DNA of 64,000 nt, from IMG/VR virus record IMGVR_UViG_3300033150_002070, positions 7,721 through 71,720 of that record, one strand, 5' to 3'. The translations under genes and the position numbers were made by a program. The first letter of the stretch is position 1. Each line of letters begins with the position of its first letter. Below the pieces are notes generated by a model. That model ran no database searches and had not been told where the DNA came from. It saw only the letters and a program-made list of their open reading frames with translations. This document shows positions 1 through 8,188 of this stretch, one piece after another. The stretch is from a virus.

Positions 1-1
1 A

Positions 2-217
2 CTTATTACCATCCTTCATCACAAAGCCGAAACTTGCACCTGGAGATGATACGTCAAGACAGCCAACGGAAATACCAAGACACAATCGCTCAAAAGGCTC
101 TCTTGGGTTAACGGCAAAATGTCCGGAGTCAACATCGAAAGGCTTCACTGGGCTTAAGTGCCTCTCACACCCAAGAATTAGCAAGATGGCTATGACTACA
201 CAAGCACAGCTTCGCAC
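2..217 (-). CDS. Partial putative lipoprotein running off the window start
   Basis: Not in the ORF track. GTG at 217 after GGAGG; reads MRSCACVVIAILLILG-CERHLSP... with no stop to the window edge; lipobox-like ILG-C. Confidence 0.45.
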   Translation of the reverse strand, partial: MRSCACVVIAILLILGCERHLSPVKPFDVDSGHFAVNPREPFERLCLGISVGCLDVSSPGASFGFVMKDGNK

Positions 218-966
218 TGCGCCCTCACCTCCAACAAACGCTCAAAACACCTATCAGGCTCAGGGACCTTCTCAATAAGAACATGACTAGGAACTGGGTC
301 GGGAAGTTTGGCTGAAAGTGAGTCAACGCCGACCAGAGAATATACCACTGTCACTCTTCCCGCATACGCCGCAACCTGCCACCTCCACGAACCAGCACCT
401 ATAAAAGCATCACAGTTCTGAATCGCGGAAAGCTCATCCACAAGATCACTCTCTATTACCAAGTCAAAGAGATCATCGTCAACCACATCGGTGCAATCCC
501 CAAATCTAACGAGGCTGAACTGGCTCCGAAGGCTTATAAGAAGCTCATTCCACTTTTTCCCTGGAAGCGTTGATAGCGGGTTGAAAAAGCCGAGCAGTCC
601 GCGATCAGCCGGCTCTACTCCGACAACAGGTCTCCCAACTTCCTTAAGCTCGTCCACAAGCCTCCCAAAATAGGACTCAGCCTCAGCAACATAGAATGGA
701 AACCTGATTGGGAATTTACATGCAACCTTAGGAATCCGCCAGTCAAAAACAGCCGCTGGCCTCTCACAAGGTCTCCGCGAGGCAGTGGCAAGAGACGACA
801 GGTTGAGAACTCTCTCAGCCTCACTCTGCATCGAGCTCCATCCTCCGACTAGCCAGAAATGAACCCTGGAAGCTCCAGTGAAGTCAAGCACAGAAGGCAC
901 TCTAGCGAGCAGCGCCAGCGCATCACTCAAACCACACGAAGCAACTATCTGGATAACGTCTGACAT
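196..966 (-). CDS. Glycosyltransferase family 9-like (GT-B) protein
   Basis: C-terminal 'ELSAIQNCDAFIGAGSWRWQVAAYAGRVTVVY' resembles the GT9 'IGxDSGxxHLAAA' motif; adjacent to another GT9. Confidence 0.5.
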   Translation of the reverse strand: MSDVIQIVASCGLSDALALLARVPSVLDFTGASRVHFWLVGGWSSMQSEAERVLNLSSLATASRRPCERPAAVFDWRIPKVACKFPIRFPFYVAEAESYFGRLVDELKEVGRPVVGVEPADRGLLGFFNPLSTLPGKKWNELLISLRSQFSLVRFGDCTDVVDDDLFDLVIESDLVDELSAIQNCDAFIGAGSWRWQVAAYAGRVTVVYSLVGVDSLSAKLPDPVPSHVLIEKVPEPDRCFERLLEVRAQCEAVLV

Positions 967-1712
967 AGCAGCCCCTCCACAGCTTCTTCAACTTCTGTCA
1001 AATCAGGAGTCAAAAGATCAACGGACGTCTCCTTGTAGCTTGAAAACTTGAAAAGATCTGGCCTGAAGTGGCAAACCACCTGAGGCTTGGAAAGATAGAA
1101 GGCAAGCACATTGATCGAGGAGTGAACTCCTACCACACATTTTGCTCCAAGCACATACCTTGCTACCTCAACCAGAGGCTTTCCCCTTAAGTCGATGTCG
1201 CAGTCCCTGCAAAAACCTATAGGCTCCCCAGGCCAGCCAACCCACACTATCGGAAGATCATGCGTGAAAAAGAACAGCGCTGGGATCTGTTTCCACCTTG
1301 AGATAGTCGAGGCATGAACCACAAGATACTCTCCTTTAACAGGTTCAAGATGAAGCCTCAGGTTCCAATCAGTCGGCTCAATCCAAGGAACAGGCTTATG
1401 GACCGAAAGCACCTTACGCTCAATTATAACATCGTCGAAGTTGCCGAACTCAGCCAGATTATACTTAGTCGAAACCATCTGATTGAAACGCGAAATACTC
1501 CTAAGATCGGAGGGGATCTCGCTGGTTTTGATCTCAATAGTCTCCTTGATTGAAAGATCTGAGAACTCTTTTAGAAGCTGAACCGGCTCCCTCTCGTAGG
1601 ATGAGTGAACCCACGTAATCTCAGAATCCCGCTTTAAGGCATTGAAAAACGGAACCAAATGAAACGTATCGCCAATTCTTACCTGTCCAAATACAAAGAG
1701 TATCCGCCTCAT
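945..1712 (-). CDS. Glycosyltransferase family 9 (heptosyltransferase-like)
   Basis: N-terminal 'RILFV...RIGDTFHLVPFFNALK'; C-terminal 'IDLRGKPLVEVARYVLGAKCVVGVHSSINVLA'. Confidence 0.72.
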   Translation of the reverse strand: MRRILFVFGQVRIGDTFHLVPFFNALKRDSEITWVHSSYEREPVQLLKEFSDLSIKETIEIKTSEIPSDLRSISRFNQMVSTKYNLAEFGNFDDVIIERKVLSVHKPVPWIEPTDWNLRLHLEPVKGEYLVVHASTISRWKQIPALFFFTHDLPIVWVGWPGEPIGFCRDCDIDLRGKPLVEVARYVLGAKCVVGVHSSINVLAFYLSKPQVVCHFRPDLFKFSSYKETSVDLLTPDLTEVEEAVEGLLCQTLSR

Positions 1713-2554
1713 ACTATACAGCTCCTCCGAATCGTATCCTCGCTCAGGTAGTCTTTATAGTGCGTCCAGCCAAACTCAAACTCGCCAGTAAAACTATCAA
1801 GCAGTCTGGAAAGAGGCGTCTCGTGCGAGAACACAGCCCGCTCATATACAGGCGGATGAGTCGGGTGAAGATTCCTTAAGTTTGGGTTTACATCCCACGC
1901 CTTCCAGACGTTCCAGAACCACCTGATATAGTTAGTTGAGTGAATTGACTGAGAGTGCTTGGCCTTGAACAAAACCTCCTCATCGGTTCTCACATAAGAC
2001 GGGTGCTGGAAACGCCAGCCATCGTACAAAGCCCGCTCAGCTCCGCCCTGAGGAATTCTGTCGAACTTGAATTCAAGACCTGCCCTCACAACCACTTCAG
2101 GAGGACCATGAGTCGGATGATGTATCTTGTGGTAGATGTCCTTCCAGTAGGTGTCAAGGTGGGCTGAAAAGATCGCCTTGTCCTCGTTGAATTCCACAAA
2201 CGCCAATAGATCATCAACGGCATCAGGATCCCAGATCTCATCGCCGCCGATTATGAATATGAAGTCGTAGCCCTGCTCACGTGCCCAATACGAAGCCCAC
2301 GTAATCTCATCAGTTGAGTTATTCCAAACGCGAACTATCTCGTGCTCGAAAACACGAAGCTTCCTGGCTCGATCAAGCCACCCAAGAGTCCCGTCATCGC
2401 CTGAAACCGGTTGGGAAAGACAACGCCATGGTTCCTTGGAGAGAAAGAGGGCAAGCGGGATCTTGCCGTACAGACCCTCGATCACAGCAGGCAGGAAGAA
2501 GCCTTGTCGGTAGATCACAAGAACTCCAACGATCCTCATCATCCTACCCCTCAC
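1709..2554 (-). CDS. Glycosyltransferase family 2-like (GT-A) protein
   Basis: 'GYDFIFIIGGDEIW' (DxD-like), 'TYWK', 'FQHPSYVRTDEEVLFK' typical of phage GT2-like proteins. Confidence 0.62.
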   Translation of the reverse strand: MRGRMMRIVGVLVIYRQGFFLPAVIEGLYGKIPLALFLSKEPWRCLSQPVSGDDGTLGWLDRARKLRVFEHEIVRVWNNSTDEITWASYWAREQGYDFIFIIGGDEIWDPDAVDDLLAFVEFNEDKAIFSAHLDTYWKDIYHKIHHPTHGPPEVVVRAGLEFKFDRIPQGGAERALYDGWRFQHPSYVRTDEEVLFKAKHSQSIHSTNYIRWFWNVWKAWDVNPNLRNLHPTHPPVYERAVFSHETPLSRLLDSFTGEFEFGWTHYKDYLSEDTIRRSCIV

Positions 2555-4019
2555 TCAAAATTTGCTCAGCCAGACTATCATCTAAGCCTGGAACTATAGG
2601 CCTCACTGGGTCCTCAATTGCATCAGCGCCTTTCTCGAACATCTCCTCTTGATGCTCACTGATCTTGCTAAGGTAAAATACTCGCCTTCCAACCACTATG
2701 AACGGCTCATCACCCCCTTCCTTCGGCGGCAGGCCCTCCTCGTCGCGCTCCTCATTTATCGAGGAGATCCCGCTCCTTACTCTGAGATAGGCCGCCCTCG
2801 CGTGCTTAAGCTCATCGCCGTACGGCCTCACAATAAACTTGAACTCCAGCGGATACCTTGAAAGCTCCTGGACTATCTCGGTAGTGAAGTAGTACTCAAG
2901 CTGTTTGGCAATCGGCCTTATAAGACCAAGTCTTCCAAGACGCTCTTGGACTTCAGCACCGGCTGAGGCCTTCTGAACACCAAGCTCAATTGGCTGTATC
3001 CCAAAGGCGCGCATTACAGCAAGCTCAAACCTGTCCAGAAGCTGAACCATCTGCATCTCCTCATTGGAGCGCTTGAAATCAATCCACTTGGCCCCGCTTC
3101 CAGACACAACCGCAAGCCTGTGCCTCATTTCAAGACCTCTGTGTTCCTCGAACCACTGCTCAAGCCGGCGTCTTGCATCCTCACCCATTCTTTCGACGTT
3201 CAGAATACCAGGCGGTATCTCATCCTCCTCGAAGAACCGGCCCAGAAGATTAAGAGCATAGAGATGACAGCCGACTTCATTGTAGATCGACTCAATGATA
3301 GGCATCCCGAGAGGGCTTTCAGTTCGGGGAAAGAGCGAGAGGTAAATCACGTTCTCGGTTGGAAGTTCAATTACTGAGAGAAGCGGCTCAGACTCCTCTG
3401 GAACAACTTGGATATAAGTCTTGATCCGGCCGTGCTCGTCCTGATTCGGAAAGAATGAAGCGCCGTCCCTAGCCCAAAGCTCAACGATCTTGCCGCTTCT
3501 CGATCTCACCTTCTCAATCACGCCAGCGTCAAGAACCAGAAGGTCTCTGAGCATCTTTGAAAGAAGGCGCCCAAAAGATTCCGAGTTTGAGTTTGGGTTA
3601 TAGAAAAGCCTCGCTACATTCTGAGCTTCAATCCTTGCATTCTTGAGGTCGTCGCCGCTGAGTCCCTTGACCGGAACTACGGACCAAGTAAGGTTTGAAA
3701 GCTCCCTTACGATCGTGTCAATACAGGCTCTCACAATCGAGCTTTGACGATAGCACTCACGAAGATCGGAGTAAGTGAGGGAAAATCCCCTGCGCCTCGT
3801 TGACTCTCTGGTTGCTGTTCTTTCGGACTTGGTGGCTGTAACATATGCCCTCAGACGCCCTCTTGTCTCCGAAAGCTCCTGATCCAGCTTATCACGCTCC
3901 TCTTTCAGCTTTTCGACCTCAGCACGAACGCCCTTTACGGACTCCTGCTCAGCCTTCAAGGCTTGTAACTCACGCTCTAGCTCATCTACTCGCTTAGCTG
4001 AAACCAGAGGGAAATTCAT
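2544..4019 (-). CDS. Phage portal protein (HK97-like)
   Basis: 'IVRACIDTI', 'NPN', 'DLLVLDAGVIE', 'GMPIIES', 'FGIQPIELG', 'SINEERDEEGLPPKEGGD' portal motifs. Confidence 0.9.
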   Translation of the reverse strand: MNFPLVSAKRVDELERELQALKAEQESVKGVRAEVEKLKEERDKLDQELSETRGRLRAYVTATKSERTATRESTRRRGFSLTYSDLRECYRQSSIVRACIDTIVRELSNLTWSVVPVKGLSGDDLKNARIEAQNVARLFYNPNSNSESFGRLLSKMLRDLLVLDAGVIEKVRSRSGKIVELWARDGASFFPNQDEHGRIKTYIQVVPEESEPLLSVIELPTENVIYLSLFPRTESPLGMPIIESIYNEVGCHLYALNLLGRFFEEDEIPPGILNVERMGEDARRRLEQWFEEHRGLEMRHRLAVVSGSGAKWIDFKRSNEEMQMVQLLDRFELAVMRAFGIQPIELGVQKASAGAEVQERLGRLGLIRPIAKQLEYYFTTEIVQELSRYPLEFKFIVRPYGDELKHARAAYLRVRSGISSINEERDEEGLPPKEGGDEPFIVVGRRVFYLSKISEHQEEMFEKGADAIEDPVRPIVPGLDDSLAEQILSEG

Positions 4020-4030
4020 CTTGCCCTCCT

Positions 4031-6526
4031 TTACCTCGGCGCTATCCGCACAAACTGATTTCCGGTCCCTTGCTCAGTCAAATGGTTCGCATTGACAGTA
4101 GCGTCATTGTAAGTGTTATCAAACGTCCAGTCAGCAACACAGCCGACAGGGTGGATGGAGACATCATCTACATAGAACTCTGAGGCCCCCGTGTAGGAAA
4201 GAATCCTTACTTGAGAGTCTGGCGCAGGGGCAACTCGGGTTCCGTACAACTTCACCCATTGACCTGTAGATGTAGTCCAATCGATTCCGGGGGTTCCAGA
4301 TAGCCAAAGCCGAGCACCCCCTGATACAACGTACACCCAAGCAGTTATTTCATATATTTTCCCAGGAATTAGGGATAAGGTTTGCTTACCCCCGTGATTC
4401 TCTGAGGTTGTTATTACATGAAGGGAATACGTCCCCTCGTGTGCTTGTGCGTTAGACCGCTCGAACGTGGGTGGGGTGCCATACGTAGTCCAATTGGAAG
4501 GTGGATCTCCGTTTTCCATCCCACCATTCGTCACCTTCTCAGTATCAAAGCTCTCCGCCATCTCAAGCTCAGGGAACCCAAGTTCTGAAAGTGAAGCGTA
4601 TGGGCGGCGATAGATCCGAGCAGCGAAAGTGCTTTCTGCCTCGGCTACAGCCAAGCCGTGATAGGAAGCCCAGGTGGAAAGGCCGTTTTTGCCAAAATTA
4701 AAGATAGCGAGTCTGGAAAGAAAACCAACCCAACTATACTGGTCGCTTGGGCCATAACGTCCAGCATACAAGGCCTGTCCAACAACATCATCAGTAATTT
4801 CACTTGCAGACTCACTACGTATCTGAGTACCGTCATGATATAGTCGAGCAGCTCCAGCCCTCTCAACAAACCCAAAGAAGCTATGCCAACGATGAACCGC
4901 AAATACATCTGAAGGGTTCAATACCAAACTATTGTCACTCGAATCCCTAATTTCCCAAAACGCAGTGCCATTGCTTAACAAGCCAAATCCCCACCCCCGA
5001 TTATTTGGTGGGTATCGGCAATCAACCATAAACCGATGTGTGCTCAGACTGCTTGGACGACCAATGCAAAGAAAAGCAAAATCTCCAGCACCTGGAACTA
5101 TTCCTACTTGATCCGCATCACTTATCTCAGCATACCCGTTTCCATCCAACCGAAGCGACTTGTGAAACGGCACTAGCCTCACCTTCGCCGTGCCGCCCTC
5201 AGCCCTAACTCGAAGTGGATCTTCATACACAAACTCATTCCCCGTCCCCTGCTCAGTTAAGTCGTTACCGTTTACAGTTGCATCGTTATAAGTGCCCTGC
5301 ACCGATGGGTCTCCGAACCAGTCTGCGATACAGCCGACGGGATGCAGGCTAATATTCTTCGCCCAAATTGTGTAAGGTGCGGTATATTCATCTACTTTTC
5401 CGACTTGAATGCTTATGTAACCCAACGTCGCATCTGTTGGTAAAATAAAGGTCAGTTCCACGTCAGTCCAGCCAGAAGAATTAACAGTTATATTATTATC
5501 ACTACCCACCACTGTTTTACCACCTTGCTTCCGGAAATTAAAGCCGATCCGTCCATCACCGGCCTGATCAGATTTGAATTGTCCCTTTAGCACATACATC
5601 TTTCCAAGTGTCATTCTTGAGTAAGTGCTCTGCGTAAGCGCAATATGGTGCTCCAAATCTGATTTCTGTTGTATAGTTATCTTTGCCGCACTTTCTACTG
5701 AATCATAATCCCAGTCAGCGGCTCCGCTACTTTCCTTCTCATTCCAATCTGCAAAATCAACATTCGGTGCCGTTCCACTGTAACTTGAAAAATCACCATT
5801 AAGCACTTTCTCCGTATCAAAGCTCTCCACCATCTCAAGCTCAGGCCAGAAATCCTCTATTCGAAGATAGGGGTCTCGATAGAATTTCTTGGCCATATCT
5901 GCACAGAGATCGGCCACAGAGGAAAAGTTGTGGTGGGATTTGAGGACGTCAAGGCCAGCGTAACCGGCCCTAATGAACCACACTCGGCCTACCAACCCCT
6001 TGACATTATAGTTCCCAGATGCGTCGTAGGCCATCACATATAGGGTCTGTCCTGGTGATATATCAACGCCGTCAAATGTGGAGAAGTCAACGGCGGTTCC
6101 CGCAACACCATCAATGTATAGCACAGCATTAGCACTCCGATCAAGCGTAGCAAGCGCCACATGCCACCTACCATCTCGCAAGTCAATTCCGCCAGGACTG
6201 AATGCCCATAGACGATTGGCATTAGTTGTTCCACAGCCAAATCTAATACTGCCATCGTTATAAAAAGCAAACTGATATTGATCGCCATCATTGACCCTCT
6301 CTGAAAGGAAATGAGCATAATTAGGAACATCTGAAACTTTGAAAACAAGCCCCATTATTATATCGCTGGTTCCAAGATCTAAACCTATTTGGTCAGCATT
6401 CGAAATGCTTAAATACCCATTCCCATCCAGCCTGAGGCTCTGATTCTGAGCCTTAAACCTCACTCCGGCAAAGGCAATAGAGCAGGCAAGGAGAACAACC
6501 AGTGCTAATAGTGCTACCCTTTTCAT
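4031..6526 (-). CDS. Signal-peptide protein with two LamG/ConA-like plus CBM4/9-like modules
   Basis: N-terminal MKRVALLALVVLLACSIAFA; duplicated 'SLRLDGNGY', 'DGRWHV...LYIDG', 'EKVxNGxxE', 'SIHPVGCxADW...YNDATVN'. Confidence 0.8.
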   Translation of the reverse strand: MKRVALLALVVLLACSIAFAGVRFKAQNQSLRLDGNGYLSISNADQIGLDLGTSDIIMGLVFKVSDVPNYAHFLSERVNDGDQYQFAFYNDGSIRFGCGTTNANRLWAFSPGGIDLRDGRWHVALATLDRSANAVLYIDGVAGTAVDFSTFDGVDISPGQTLYVMAYDASGNYNVKGLVGRVWFIRAGYAGLDVLKSHHNFSSVADLCADMAKKFYRDPYLRIEDFWPELEMVESFDTEKVLNGDFSSYSGTAPNVDFADWNEKESSGAADWDYDSVESAAKITIQQKSDLEHHIALTQSTYSRMTLGKMYVLKGQFKSDQAGDGRIGFNFRKQGGKTVVGSDNNITVNSSGWTDVELTFILPTDATLGYISIQVGKVDEYTAPYTIWAKNISLHPVGCIADWFGDPSVQGTYNDATVNGNDLTEQGTGNEFVYEDPLRVRAEGGTAKVRLVPFHKSLRLDGNGYAEISDADQVGIVPGAGDFAFLCIGRPSSLSTHRFMVDCRYPPNNRGWGFGLLSNGTAFWEIRDSSDNSLVLNPSDVFAVHRWHSFFGFVERAGAARLYHDGTQIRSESASEITDDVVGQALYAGRYGPSDQYSWVGFLSRLAIFNFGKNGLSTWASYHGLAVAEAESTFAARIYRRPYASLSELGFPELEMAESFDTEKVTNGGMENGDPPSNWTTYGTPPTFERSNAQAHEGTYSLHVITTSENHGGKQTLSLIPGKIYEITAWVYVVSGGARLWLSGTPGIDWTTSTGQWVKLYGTRVAPAPDSQVRILSYTGASEFYVDDVSIHPVGCVADWTFDNTYNDATVNANHLTEQGTGNQFVRIAPR

Positions 6527-6535
6527 CTATCCCTC

Positions 6536-7741
6536 CTACGGCTTGGCTATGAAGTAAATCACACTCAAATCAGCCGTCTCATCAGCAGTTGACTTGATAG
6601 TAAACGATCCACTGGCCTTGTTCGTAATATAAAGCTGACCCACAGGCGGCCCCTCTGGCGTTATGAAGATGAACGAGTTAGCTGTTACAAGAGAGTTCGA
6701 TACATTCACCGAATCAGCAGCAGCAGTCAAAGTGACTCTTTCAAGAGGCAAGTTTGAACCGCTATGAATATTGACGTAATTTAGGACCTCAAGAGAATCA
6801 GCTTGAGCATATTCCATTCCAGAAAGCGCCCAGTTATCCGGCGAAGTCCACGCACCGGTTCCGCCGTAGTCATCATCCCAGAGGATTTTGTGTGCGGTAA
6901 GGTCGCCGTCATCAGAGGCGTAAATTCCGCCGTCAAAGTTACCAGTTGTTGAATCAGCAACCGTAACATACTGGCTCCAAAGGTGCGGAACCGTTAGATC
7001 ACCCGTCATAGTGTCACCATCAGCATTCACGAATATGTTCGCAAATGCCGAAGTGCCTACCCTCACAGCTATTCGGCTGTCGTAGTTGTTCTCCATTGTA
7101 AGAGTCACTGTAGGATCAGTACCGGAGCCGCTCACATTGGCATAGATTTTAAGGACAAGCCGGTCGGTTGCAGAAATAGTTGAGTCAGCGTTAAGGTAGG
7201 CTGAAAGAAGATACTGAGTTCTCGTATCGGCCAGTTCATCGCTCAGGCCGCTTGTGAGGATCAAAGTCTCATTGCCGCCGCTATCACGCTTGTAAAGCTT
7301 CCAGTAGACATTGACCGTCTTGTTACCGGTCTTTTTCAAAAAGAAAGTTCCCACATACGTTCCAAGCGACAAAGCGTCTATTCCAGGATACCCGGACTCA
7401 GTTACAAAGCTCCACAAGAGCTGATCATCGCCAGTTGACAACGCCCCTGAGGTAAGCTCAGACAGAGTGTTGCCGGTCTCCTCATCATACATGTAGTAGT
7501 AGCCACCTACATCGGCATCGTCATCGGTGAGAAAGAAGTTCCACACAGCAGCGGCCAAAGATGCATCAACGTAATTTTTGGTCGCTACATCAGTCGCAGT
7601 CACAGGGTCCCTGCCGACTTTAAGAGAGTCAAGCCCACGACGCTCAATGAACCGCTTCCAGTTGAAGCGAATCTGACCGAAAGCCAGGCTGGGTATCAGA
7701 ATACCTACCACCACCGCTAAAGTTAAAGCTGTCCTTTTCAT
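6536..7741 (-). CDS. Signal-peptide, fibre/adhesin-like beta-rich protein
   Basis: MKRTALTLAVVVGILIPSLAFG signal; 'DPVTATDVATKNYVD' and 'GDTMTGDL' motifs typical of trimeric fibres. Confidence 0.55.
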   Translation of the reverse strand: MKRTALTLAVVVGILIPSLAFGQIRFNWKRFIERRGLDSLKVGRDPVTATDVATKNYVDASLAAAVWNFFLTDDDADVGGYYYMYDEETGNTLSELTSGALSTGDDQLLWSFVTESGYPGIDALSLGTYVGTFFLKKTGNKTVNVYWKLYKRDSGGNETLILTSGLSDELADTRTQYLLSAYLNADSTISATDRLVLKIYANVSGSGTDPTVTLTMENNYDSRIAVRVGTSAFANIFVNADGDTMTGDLTVPHLWSQYVTVADSTTGNFDGGIYASDDGDLTAHKILWDDDYGGTGAWTSPDNWALSGMEYAQADSLEVLNYVNIHSGSNLPLERVTLTAAADSVNVSNSLVTANSFIFITPEGPPVGQLYITNKASGSFTIKSTADETADLSVIYFIAKP

Positions 7742-7747
7742 ATCACA

Positions 7748-8167
7748 TCACTCCTTGAATCCAATGTATCTCAGATACTGAGTAGAACCAGCCCCAGGAG
7801 CGTAAGCGTAGAAAATCGAAAGATCATTAACACCCTGAGGAAGCTGGAACGATCCACCTGCATCAAGCTCAATTCCGCCAGAACTACCAACATCAGCGCC
7901 GCCAAGCTCTATCACAGCATCGTTGAAAATATCCGCCTGTATGACGAAAGCATCAGCCGATACAGACGGAAGCTGAACCGTTGTAGAACCTACGGCAACC
8001 TTGCCAGAAACTACCTCAGAATAAGAATCGGACGAGCCACCTCCCCCTGTCGAAACAAGTAGCCGCCCGTCCGAGCTTACCCTCACCATCTTAAGCTGAT
8101 TACCAGCCTCATCAAAGCCTAAGATAGCCGGCACACGATTTTTGTCGCGCCTCGCATTCTCACTCAT
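7748..8167 (-). CDS. Hypothetical virion-associated protein
   Basis: 139 aa, SD GGAGGG, beta-rich C-terminus, within late operon. Confidence 0.55.
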   Translation of the reverse strand: MSENARRDKNRVPAILGFDEAGNQLKMVRVSSDGRLLVSTGGGGSSDSYSEVVSGKVAVGSTTVQLPSVSADAFVIQADIFNDAVIELGGADVGSSGGIELDAGGSFQLPQGVNDLSIFYAYAPGAGSTQYLRYIGFKE

Positions 8168-8188
8168 AAGCTACTCCCTCCTTTCAAA

